Assembly (NCBI GenBank): GCA_032718475.1
Contig: JAUCBJ010007569.1
Coordinates: 1 to 64,000 of the forward strand
Source of the DNA: Nemertoderma westbladi
Lineage: Eukaryota > Animalia > Xenacoelomorpha
Length of the DNA stretch: 64,000 nt
Direction: 5' to 3'
The translations under genes were made by a program, and so were the position numbers. Under the pieces are notes generated by a model. It did not search any database. It was not told where the DNA came from and was given only the letters and a program-made list of their open reading frames with translations. Within the stretch, counting starts at the first letter, position 1, and the number at the start of each line of letters is the position of its first letter. This document shows positions 46,537-56,943 of this stretch, piece by piece.

Positions 46537-48108
46537 ATGTCGCCCATTGAGTCCGGCGACTCTCAACGTTCACATTGTTCCAGTCATGTAGTCAACGACC
46601 TGCTGTGTTATATATGGTGTGCCCATGTGCAACTCGGTCTGCCACGGGCTGTGATTCTGGACACTATAGACCCTTGGGTAAAGTTTGAGAATGAAACTCT
46701 GAAAGAAGCGAAACAGGTACTGTATGCTATACTTCCATGCGAAGATTCTGTAAAGTTGGCTCAAAGCTTTTCGAAACAGCGGAAAGCTGGTTGTAATATG
46801 CGTAAATCTGTCTTATCTGATATCCTGGATATGTTGGAATCCTCACACTTTGTGGGTATACCCGACAGCGAGAAACCACTGTTTGTTACTGCTAACCCTG
46901 CGATATTACCGCCGTTTGCCCTGTCAGGTGGCGATTTATCATACATGCTGTTGAAGCTGAGCGAGCTTCAGGACCGAGTAGCAGTCCTGGAGTCTCGTAC
47001 TCCTGTTCTGCACAACCACCACGATGACGGACTTCTCAAATGCTGTACTAGTACCGGTATCATGGAAGTTCCGTTACAGTCTGGTGTCCCTCCACACGTA
47101 GACGTGGTTAGTGATTATGCAAATGATCGAAATGCCCGATCGGTTATTGATAACACCTGCAGGCAAGGTAGCCCTTCAGTAAACGGTCCGCGTTCGGATA
47201 TAATGGATGTCACTACATGTATTGAGATCGACAGCGAACCGACTCAACGCAGCTACAGTTCAGCTTTCCTTTCAAATCCTGGAAGACCCCGTTACAACGC
47301 CAATCAGCAGGGTGTCAGGCGTCGCCAGCGAGAAGGTCAGATACCAGTCAAGCCTCGAGACCAACAGGCGTCCAAGGCTACCGGTATGTCTTCGAGAAGG
47401 TCATATCCTGCCGCTAATGAGAACATTTACAATCGATTACTGGATCCGAGGTTGCTATCCGATTGTCCCTCCGAATTTACAGGGAGTGACATCGACGAGC
47501 ACGATGATGGTACGTGGTTTCGACATGACCAATATGGACGGGTCCGCCCAGTTCCTCCAAAGGATCAAGTTACACGAGTTCCGCCCTCGTCAAGGGGGTT
47601 TGTGTCAGGTCGCCCTGGTAACGGAATCTCCAACCGAGCTACTCCGGGTACCACGTTCAAGTTCGGGACTTCCAAATCCAAGGCGTTCGATACGGTTGCT
47701 CCGACGACCTATGTCCACCTATCTGGGTGTGGTGCCAACGTAACTGAGAAGCAGATTACAGATCACGTGCTTAATGCCATGAACATCAACATCACTTGTC
47801 ATAAAATCTCGAGAGAAGGGGGGCGATTTTCTTCGTTTAAGTTGGGAACCACACCCCAGGAAGAATCTAAGTTACTTGACCCTAATAATTGGCCAGAATA
47901 CAGCCGTATAAGGGAGTTCGAGAACAGGTTACCACGGAAACGCGTTGTCAACCGAGAAACAGGACCAATGTCAACCGGCTTGGAACGCCCTCCGGCGTCA
48001 ACCGGCTCGGAACGGCCTACAATCATTCCTACTAGTACTGATAAAGCTGTACCGGTAACTGATCTTCCCTCGCAGCTGGCAGACTCCGTCGGATATCAGC
48101 AAGAATAA
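46537..48108 (+). CDS. LINE ORF1 protein (523 aa)
   Basis: N-terminal VVNDLLCYI...PLFVT, short leucine-rich coil, C-terminal RRM-like VHLSGC...FSSFKL...NWPEYSRIREF. Confidence 0.85.
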   Translation: MSPIESGDSQRSHCSSHVVNDLLCYIWCAHVQLGLPRAVILDTIDPWVKFENETLKEAKQVLYAILPCEDSVKLAQSFSKQRKAGCNMRKSVLSDILDMLESSHFVGIPDSEKPLFVTANPAILPPFALSGGDLSYMLLKLSELQDRVAVLESRTPVLHNHHDDGLLKCCTSTGIMEVPLQSGVPPHVDVVSDYANDRNARSVIDNTCRQGSPSVNGPRSDIMDVTTCIEIDSEPTQRSYSSAFLSNPGRPRYNANQQGVRRRQREGQIPVKPRDQQASKATGMSSRRSYPAANENIYNRLLDPRLLSDCPSEFTGSDIDEHDDGTWFRHDQYGRVRPVPPKDQVTRVPPSSRGFVSGRPGNGISNRATPGTTFKFGTSKSKAFDTVAPTTYVHLSGCGANVTEKQITDHVLNAMNINITCHKISREGGRFSSFKLGTTPQEESKLLDPNNWPEYSRIREFENRLPRKRVVNRETGPMSTGLERPPASTGSERPTIIPTSTDKAVPVTDLPSQLADSVGYQQE

Positions 48109-48255
48109 TTAAGCAGTATCAATTTGATTCGCTTAATTCATTCACGTATATACCACCTTTTATATATCATTGTATATTTTGTATATTTTTGTACTTGTTT
48201 ATTTTCGTTAATTTTCATATATTTCAAATTTCGGCCTATACCTTATTAATTCACA

Positions 48256-51111
48256 ATGGATCCAATAAGAATAACAACATATAACTGTAACTCTATACGT
48301 ACCCCTAAATCGATTTCTACTGTTAGGAAGTTGTGTGATATTTCGGATATTGTTTTGTTACAAGAGCATCTACTTCCGAAACAGGAATTAAGTTTCCTCT
48401 CGAAAATAGATGACAAGTTTATCTGTCGAGGCGAATCTCCAGTAGATTTATCCGATGGATTATTGCGCGGCCGTCCACATGGAGGTCTGGCGGTTATGGT
48501 AAGGGAAGAAATTTCCTCTTCTATTGAGTATTTAAATATAGCGGATGAACGAATAATGGGATTTTATGTAAACCTATCGGATAAATCAAAAATTTTAATA
48601 TTGAATGTATATTTACCTTTCGAATCATCTGACAATTTGGATTTGTACTTAGAGTACCTAGGACGCATACAATCAATAATTGATAATGCCCCAACTGTGA
48701 AATGCTGTATAGTCGGTGATTTTAATGCCTCGCCCCAAAAATTATTTTATAGAGAGTTATCTGATTGGTGCGCTAATTGCGGAATTATTTTGTCCGATGT
48801 AAAACGATTACCACCACACACGTTTACATTTGTGAGTGCAGCATTTAGTACCACCTCTTGGTTAGACCATATTGTCAGCACCACCACGTCCGACTCTTTA
48901 ATTAAGGATGTCGATGTTATTTATGATCTAGCTACCATTGATCATATACCTTTAACATTTACTATTGATATTAATGTTAACGCTACGGTAAATACTACGG
49001 ATAAAAGCGATACTATGATTACAAATCCTACTAAGTATATTTGGACTGCAGCTCGGCCGGTGCAACTCGATAATTACCGTAGAAAACTTAATGATTCATT
49101 GAATAATATAGAAATACCTGTGGCCTTCACATGTACCTCCATAAACTGTAATGATGAATCACATGTGAACAATCTTAGTAGTTTGTGGGACCGTATAGTA
49201 GGTGCTTTAGTAGAAAGTGCATCAACGTCCATACCGAGTAATAATATTAACATGAATTCAAAAAATAGGTACAACGTTCCTGGTTGGAATGATCATGTTA
49301 AAGCGCTCTATGAGGAATCTCGGGATACTTTTATACAGTGGAAAGATGCCGGCTGTCCTCGGCAGGGTAGTCTTCACCATGACTACCTTTCCGCCAGAGC
49401 AAATTTTAAACGTATTTTTAGACAATGTAAACGATCCGAAAATCAAAAACGGGTCGATAAATTAGCACAATCAAACTTTTCTAAGGACTTTAATTCATTT
49501 TGGAAATCCGTGAAGAAAGATATTTCGTGCAAAATACCCTTACCCAATGTTGTTAGTGGTGCGACCGGTGAACGAGATATTTGTAGTAATTTTGCAAACG
49601 ATTTTGAAACATTGTTTAATTGTAATAAAACTAATGGAATAACTGAGTTTTGTGTTGGCAGTAGCATAAACGAACAACTAAATAAAGTAATGTACACAAC
49701 TGATATGAATATAAGTGCAGCAGAAGTCGGATGTGCAATAGCTAATTTAAAATTAGGTAAAGCGATAGGACCAGATAATGTGTCTGGGGAACATTTCATT
49801 TACAGTAATAGTAGTAGGCTAAATATTTTATTAGCTTTATTTTTCAGTTCTTGTATGGTACATGGTTATTTACCAAGTTCCATTATTCATAGTATTATTG
49901 TACCAATCATTAAAGATAAAAACGGTGCTATAGATGAGAAATCAAACTATCGGCCCGTTGCTATTTCAACAGCAATAAGTAAGATATTTGAACGTATTTT
50001 ATTATCTAGAATGCAGTCTTTCTTAATTTGTAGCGATCACCAATTCTCATATAAGGCAAATAGCGGTACCGAGCTTTGTGTATATACTCTGAAAGAGGTT
50101 ATTGATTATTACTTAGATAATGATACTCCTATGTATATTTGTTTCTTGGATGCATCTAAAGCATTTGACAGAATAGATCACGATAAACTTTTTCAGAAAT
50201 TAATAAATAGGAATGTACCACTCTATTTGGTGCGTATTTTAGCCTTTTGGTACCGACATCAAACATTACAAGTGCGCTGGGGTGCTACATATTCCAGAAC
50301 GTTTGCAGTGTTTAATGGCGTGAAGCAAGGCGGAATATTATCTGGTTATTTATTTAATGTTTACATGGACGACTTATCCCGTAAACTTATAATGGCTAAT
50401 GTAGGTTGTTCAATTAATGGTCAAAGGATTAATCATACAATGTATGCAGACGACATTGGTTTAATGTCAAATTCACTTATAGGTTTACAAAAGTTAGTTA
50501 ATGTGTGTCAGGATTATGCCATTTCACATTCTATATTGTTTAATTTAAAGAAGACTAAGGTAATGTTTTTGTGCCCGAAATCTTGTAACTTAAGTACAAT
50601 AGCTCCAATATATTTATACCAGCGTGTTATTTCTAGAACTGATAAATTTACATATTTGGGTCATATAATACACGAATCACGTGATGATGATCTTGACATA
50701 AAGAAACAAATAGGTAGTATGTACGCCCGTACAAATACGTTGTTTAGAAAATTCAGTACCTGTACCGTTGCAGTGAAAGTTCGTTTATTTCTAGCGTTTA
50801 TAACTCCACTATATTGTAATGCTCTATGGTCACGTAGGAACTATTCATCTGTTGTCTATAATCGGTTAAGGGTAGCATACAATAATGCAGCAAGAAAGCT
50901 ATTTTTCATCTCTGTAGGTTCTAGTATGTCATATTTCTTTGGTTGCAACAATATTTCGTGCTTCATTCATTTACGTTACAAATCAATTCAAAGTTTATTT
51001 CGTAGGATAAAATGTTCCAGTAATTATATTGTAAATGCTGTATATCGTTACACCGCGTTGCATAGTTCTAGAATTTTTGAAATGTGCAATTCCGAAAATC
51101 TGTTAATTTAG
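48256..51111 (+). CDS. LINE ORF2: apurinic-like endonuclease plus reverse transcriptase (951 aa)
   Basis: TYNCN, LLQEH, NVYLP, GDFNA, SWLDH, IDHIP; NYRPVA, FLDASKAFD, GVKQGG, YADD, YLG; C-terminal LRVAYNN typical of RTEX. Confidence 0.95.
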   Translation: MDPIRITTYNCNSIRTPKSISTVRKLCDISDIVLLQEHLLPKQELSFLSKIDDKFICRGESPVDLSDGLLRGRPHGGLAVMVREEISSSIEYLNIADERIMGFYVNLSDKSKILILNVYLPFESSDNLDLYLEYLGRIQSIIDNAPTVKCCIVGDFNASPQKLFYRELSDWCANCGIILSDVKRLPPHTFTFVSAAFSTTSWLDHIVSTTTSDSLIKDVDVIYDLATIDHIPLTFTIDINVNATVNTTDKSDTMITNPTKYIWTAARPVQLDNYRRKLNDSLNNIEIPVAFTCTSINCNDESHVNNLSSLWDRIVGALVESASTSIPSNNINMNSKNRYNVPGWNDHVKALYEESRDTFIQWKDAGCPRQGSLHHDYLSARANFKRIFRQCKRSENQKRVDKLAQSNFSKDFNSFWKSVKKDISCKIPLPNVVSGATGERDICSNFANDFETLFNCNKTNGITEFCVGSSINEQLNKVMYTTDMNISAAEVGCAIANLKLGKAIGPDNVSGEHFIYSNSSRLNILLALFFSSCMVHGYLPSSIIHSIIVPIIKDKNGAIDEKSNYRPVAISTAISKIFERILLSRMQSFLICSDHQFSYKANSGTELCVYTLKEVIDYYLDNDTPMYICFLDASKAFDRIDHDKLFQKLINRNVPLYLVRILAFWYRHQTLQVRWGATYSRTFAVFNGVKQGGILSGYLFNVYMDDLSRKLIMANVGCSINGQRINHTMYADDIGLMSNSLIGLQKLVNVCQDYAISHSILFNLKKTKVMFLCPKSCNLSTIAPIYLYQRVISRTDKFTYLGHIIHESRDDDLDIKKQIGSMYARTNTLFRKFSTCTVAVKVRLFLAFITPLYCNALWSRRNYSSVVYNRLRVAYNNAARKLFFISVGSSMSYFFGCNNISCFIHLRYKSIQSLFRRIKCSSNYIVNAVYRYTALHSSRIFEMCNSENLLI

Positions 51112-52033
51112 CGAAATTTAATTTAGCGAATTATTAGTATTACTAAGTACATACATACATAATCAATTGAATACTTAATATTTAATTATTGTGCTGTAAC
51201 GTAGGTAGACGATATGGGCTGATTGTGCGATTATAATATAATATTTTCCATATGTTGCCTGCGGTAAATAAAGAAATAAATAAATAAATAAATGTTGTAT
51301 TTTTAAGGATCGAAAATAACCTCCATAGAAACCAAGATAAGAAATTTTCAGATCACTTTTTAGTGACGTCAAATATGTAGCATCCAATCACAGCCGATTT
51401 TCAAAATTGGCTTCCCGCGCTTACTTAAACTCGCCATTTCGTATTTTCACAAAAAAACAAACACCGACACTCGATTCACAGCACCTCTGTTACCCATTAT
51501 TGAATTGTTTCTAGCCAACAATATTTTCGCGCACCAACCGTATTGTAAGTAACTCCAATTGACAATTAGTGAAATGTTGCAGTGACTCTAATGACATGAA
51601 ATTATTCAACAACTATATAGCCATATTGATAAATAAATAACGATTTATTGATAAAAATTTGCGTTTCCAATTTTCCAATACTTGATTGTGGTTTCAAGCC
51701 AATGGTGGTTATACACACATCCAATACATCCAGAGTGTTATTGCCGTTCTCCCAGTACCTGTAAAAAGTATCAAATTAACTCCGCTATCTTTTATCTTAA
51801 CATATATAATTAAAATTACGAATTTTAAGGATCGAAAAATATCGCGTTATTTTGGCCCTTTTTTTTAATTTTTTTGGGGCCAAAAAAACCCCTTCTCAAA
51901 AGATTAAGAAAAAAATTACGGCAAAGAATATAACAATTTTATTGAATTTGGACCACTAGAACCGAAGTTAGAGCGATTTTAGTGAAAAAATAAAAATAAT
52001 TTTTTTTGCAAAAAATTAAGAATGGTCAATATT

Positions 52034-52096
52034 GGATTTCGAACCCGCGAACTTAGGTTTCATTAACGTGATTGATAACCACTAGACTATGTGACC
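52034..52096 (-). pseudogene. tRNA-like remnant embedded in a repeat
   Basis: Minus strand TAGTCTAGTGGTT (A box) and GGGTTCGAAATCC (B box); acceptor stem incomplete. Confidence 0.5.
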
Positions 52097-53675
52097 AAGA
52101 GAATTTGAAATTTTCGAGTGACTATTTTTAAACATCAATAACTTCGGTTCTACTGGGCCGTTTGATCTGAAACTTTTTTCATTGGATAGAGGATAGATTG
52201 TAGTGAGTGAAATAGGATACAACTTGGGAAAAGACTTATGTGCACTTAGTGCAAAATGCACTTAAATAGTGAACATTTTTTCGATATTCCAAACACTATT
52301 ATTTCCAGTTCTATTCATCGTATAATGTTATTTTTTGGATTAAAATATAGTTTGGAATGATTTCTAACTATAATCGTAACATTTGTTTAACTTTTTATGT
52401 CTATAAAGTGACTTAAAATGTCCATGAATATGGTCCAAAATCGCAAATATCGACATTTATTAAATTGGATTTTTGACACTTTTAGCGACTGACACATGAT
52501 CATACACCATCGTAGATCGGTAGAGGATAAACATAAGTTTGTTAAATAAGAGCCACCATTACGATCTGCTAAAGTGCACTTGTACAAATAAGTGTGCAAA
52601 AGTGCAAATTTTTTAATAAGGTCAAATTATATAGTATTGGGTTCTTTTCTTTGCAGATACTTTATTTTCATATTAATATGTTGTTTGAACCTTACTGAGC
52701 GCATTAGGGGATATGCGTACAAATAACCGGCCCTTATGCGGCTTCGATTGGGTAAATTAATAAAACATAAGGTTGTATAGTATAATATTCTAAAAACCAG
52801 TGTGATATTAAATGCACTTTAAATAATAAATAGAAATCAAATAACAAATGGACCACACAATTAAAAACTCGCACAATTTTGTACTTATTATATCGCTTCA
52901 AATTAATTCAACAGTGGATATTTGGGGGAAGGGGGAAGTTACAGTGTGCATTCGGGGGAAGTTTGGTGAACTGCATTTATGCAGTGAATACAAACTTCCC
53001 CCTTGGATATATCATATACTTAAGACATGCTAGGGTGACGGGGAAATATTTGTTACTGTCACACTTTGCTTCCATTTATCCTATCCTTTATTATTACCCC
53101 AGTCAGATAAGAGATAATAAATCAGTAAAAACTAAACTAAACTGTCTTTCATGCAAACAAATTTCTAACTAAAGACGGGTGAATGACCATGACCATGGAA
53201 ATAATTTTAAATATAATTGTATATCAACTATTTGGGGAGGCTTCCAAGTTAAACCCGAAAAGAATTATTTTGTTACATATATAGTAAATAACGTTGTATG
53301 TTCTTCTTCCTCTCATAATAAAATATAAATGAAATATCTCAGATCGCTATGCCCTGTAACATTTCACAACCAAAATATTTAAGTGTGAAAAGTGTAGGCC
53401 TACCACACTCCGCCCAAACAACCGCAAACGCATAGCCAACAAATTTAACAAAAGGTTACATACATGTTGGGTTCATGACGAGATGAGTGAAAATTGATCG
53501 CGTAATATAAAGTAAAAAATTAAGAGACGGGCTGGCTCTCCTCCACTTTCTTACCCAATGGATATGTTGTTGTAATAGTCTAATATTGGGGCGGCTTTCT
53601 CTCGTTGTAATGCTAACATTGCCTGGCTATTGCACTGCTAGTTATTTTTTAATTTTTATAAACATATTCATTCAG

Positions 53676-53849
53676 GTGCAGTTGGTAAGTATAGAATCAG
53701 GAGAAAGTTTCCCTTACCGAGAACCATATGGGACGGTGAGGAAATGAGTTATTGTTTCAAGGAGAAATCGAGGAATATGCTGAGAGATTGGTACACTCAC
53801 AGTCCATACCCAAGTCCACGAGAGAAACGAGAACTGGCAGAAAGTACCG
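53676..53849 (+). CDS. SIX1/2: Six1/2 coding exon 4 (end of SIX domain, homeodomain helices 1-2)
   Basis: [59 protein letters not shown]; acceptor TTCAG, donor GTGAGT. Confidence 0.97.
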
Positions 53850-53879
53850 GTGAGTTAGTAAGCCTAATAATTACTAGAG

Positions 53880-53965
53880 CAGTGGATGGGTTCATTACGA
53901 TGGAAGAGCACCACCCATTGTGGTGTGGTGAATAGGTATTCTGGCTTAAGAAGCCTAAATGGGTC
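53880..53965 (+). repeat. Fragment related to the 3' part of SINE family 1
   Basis: GGATGGGTT...TGGAAGAGCACC...TGGTGAA...TGGCTTAAGAAGCCTAAA parallels 8609-8677. Confidence 0.45.
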
Positions 53966-54143
53966 CCAAGCCAAGGTAAGATGACCTCGGTTCTTGGCAA
54001 CCAAGGAAGGTAATTACGTCCACCCCTTCCCGTCATTCCGACAGCGGCTCCAGTAGGGATGGTTTCTCCACAGTTAGATAGAGATCGCCGAACAATGTCA
54101 TTTAACATGCTGTGGCAGGGATGGTGCCCAGCGCTATTATATT

Positions 54144-54214
54144 ATTCATTGTTGACCAAAATATTTCGGGTATGTCTAATAGACATACCCGAAATATTTT
54201 GGTCAACAATGAAT
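54144..54214. repeat. Perfect 71-bp palindrome (35-bp arms, 1-nt spacer)
   Basis: ATTCATTGTTGACCAAAATATTTCGGGTATGTCTA-A-TAGACATACCCGAAATATTTTGGTCAACAATGAAT. Confidence 0.97.
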
Positions 54215-55159
54215 GTCTATGTCTATGTCTACGTCTGCAACTGAGAAACAAAGAAGGCAAAGGAAGGAGGAAAGGTAGGTCTTTTGGCCAATATCCCGAA
54301 AGCTCAATCTTGAAAACCCTAGCTTGGAAGCAAGAATGGGGGAAACAAGAATGTAAAGATTGCGTTGTAGGAAAAATATCTGAATTAAGAAAATCATTCA
54401 TTCAGAATAGAGGTTTCTACTTAATAAGAAAGTGAATTAACACCAACGGTGCTTAGTTAACTAAGCACCGATGACTGAAACTATAGGCCTACGTAAAAGT
54501 GTAATACAAATTAAAGAAAAGGTAATTGAATTTGTCAACAGCGATGAATTATCTAAGCCATAATCCCTTATCTGGAAAATCTTACATTTCCAAATATCAT
54601 AATTTTAATTTTGTAGATACTGGCCTAAAAAGCAACTTTGAGCAATGAATTTTGACCCGTCACTGTATTTTGGCTGAATCAATACACAGTTACTGGTAGA
54701 ATCTCTAATCGAACAGCTTTGGATGAACTATGACATTACATGGAGGATTGAATTACTTGTAATGCTATGTCCCTCCCCCCACCCTGTATTGTCATAGTTC
54801 TTCTACAGTTGTTCTACGCGTACCCCCTCCTTTGGTAAAATTTTCACATTTTTGGTTTTCTATTGCATCTGATGCAGAATTTAATGGGGAGTTCAAATCT
54901 TAAAACGGTTTGGCGAGATCTTTTTTAGTTCTCGAGTTATCGCTGTCTTTCCGTCTATCAGATTCAGAAGACAGACAGACAGACCAAATGTCAGACAGAC
55001 ATTAGATACCACCAAACATTAAAACTGACATCATAAATGAAAACACCGACCCCGAAAACCCCCACATTGATAATTTTAATGAGTTGGTATGAAGCCATAG
55101 TGTCAAACATTACTGACCGATTAACAGACTACAGACAGTCATGTTTGAGCGGGAGCGGG

Positions 55160-56256
55160 AATGTTCAAACTTCAAAGCAAATTATCTCGGAATTACATTT
55201 CACGATATTTCCATTTTCCAAAATACTACTCCTCCGCCGCTTTTCACCCAAATTCGAGAATTTATGGCTCGTTTGAAAGGTTTTTTGAACATCGTGAAAA
55301 TTATCCAGCACTTTTAAAAATTTTTTTTTTTTATATTAATGAAAATTGTAATTAATTTTAATTATTTAATTTAATTAATTTACTTAAAAATTTAAAATTT
55401 AAAAAATCGGCTGGGTAATTTTAGTAGAAACGAAGGTGCTGAGTCTAAAAAAGTTGGTTTCAAAAAAATTGGATAAATATTAAGGGACTAGTAGTGTTTT
55501 TAGTGAAATATTTAATTCCACCACTCGCCGCTGAGGGACGCAAAAAAAATTTAAAATTTCCATTTTTTTTCTCTTTGGCCTACCCCACGTTGGCTGAACA
55601 CCACATAAGTGATATTCACCTACAACACGAAGTTAGAGCTGTTTAAAAAAACTCTTCTGAGGGGGTACCCCCCCCCCCCCCCCCCCCCCTTAATGATATG
55701 TAATTTTTTGGTGAAATCTCCAACTTAAAGGGGATGGGTGGGGGGTATCCCCCTAGCCACTTTTTTGAAATGTTTGGAATGGTCATTACCTTAGGTTAGA
55801 GTTTAATATAACAATTTTATTGTCGCCAGCCTATGTCTGGAAGACCAAATAGTCTCCAAACGTAAATTCGAAAATTTTTGGCCTCGCCCTACCGACTGGC
55901 GGCGGAATTGAGAATTTAACTAAAAACACTACTAGTCCCTCAATCTTGGTCAGAATTTCTTGAAATCAACTTTTTTGAATTCAGCAAGATCGATCGATTT
56001 ATTTTATATAATTTTTAATTAGCTAATTATAAAAAAATGAATTAATAATTAAGTAATTTTAATTATTTTGATTAAAATCAGCGATTACATGAAATATAAA
56101 ATTTTTTTCTAAATTCTATAAAATGAATGTTAAAGACTTGCCAAAACCCTTTCGAATAAGCATAAAATCATGAGATTTGGTTGAATAATGGCGGAGGAGT
56201 AGTGTTTTAAAAAGAAAAAATGTCATTCTGAGATAATTGCCTTTAATGTTTGAACC
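55160..56256. mobile_element. Diverged foldback/MITE-like element with about 380-bp inverted arms
   Basis: TACTACTCCTCCGCC versus GGCGGAGGAGTAGTG; AGGGACTAGTAGTGTTTTTAGT versus ACTAAAAACACTACTAGTCCCT. Confidence 0.65.
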
Positions 56257-56943
56257 TTCTTGCGCCAAAACTGTCTGTTAATATGTAATAATCTCTGTCA
56301 ATTAAATCTAGTAACAAGAAAGCACAAAACAAAACCTAAGATTTTTAACATGGAGGTTTTCCTGGTCGCTTATATCATCGCCATATTTGGCAGACAAATT
56401 TAGTGAAACCATCAAACAGTGACTTAATGCAGCATATCGTATCGCGGATCCCAGGGGCCTCAAGGATCTTACACGTGATGCGTGGGCGGGAGACAATCGA
56501 ATTTTTCGGTGTATTAACAGCACCCCATAGCTTTATGCTATATTGAGTAGGTATACACTATTCAGGTATCAAAACCATCTATGTATACAACTACAATCGT
56601 TGGTTGTGAGGATCGTAAATGTATAATTTGGAGACTAAAATTAGAAGATGAAAGCAATATTTATCTTTGAAGATGCTAATTGGATATTTACATATGAATA
56701 ATCCATATCATTAATTATAACAGGCAAACAATAAAATTATGATCGGTGTTTCTCAGAATTTCAGCATTTGTCCTTCTACTCACATTCTGAATCGTTGCAA
56801 CAATCTCTGGAAATTCAATGGTTGACCACCACATTTCCTCAATCCAGCCAGCTGCCATAGAACATGATTATGCACAAACTGAACATTTCTGTGGTAGCAG
56901 TGGCCAGTAAGACTTATTGGTAATGCACACCGTTTTTAGTCGA

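Larger units (their letters stand above)
46379..51288 (+). mobile_element. Full-length, apparently intact two-ORF LINE (probably RTEX clade)
   Basis: ORF1 and ORF2 uninterrupted; (TAAA)n tail; TSD TAAATGT at 46372-46378 and 51289-51295; host MITE arm resumes on both sides. Confidence 0.92.
45772..51545. mobile_element. Mariner-like MITE with about 280-bp inverted arms; right arm split by the LINE
   Basis: Left arm 45772-46055 is the inverse of 46328-46378 plus 51296-51545, and of the copy at 1520-1850. Confidence 0.75.

Noticed and set aside
53744-53935. 63-aa stand-alone homeobox ORF
   Set aside because: It is part of exon 4 read through the GTGAGT donor into the intron.
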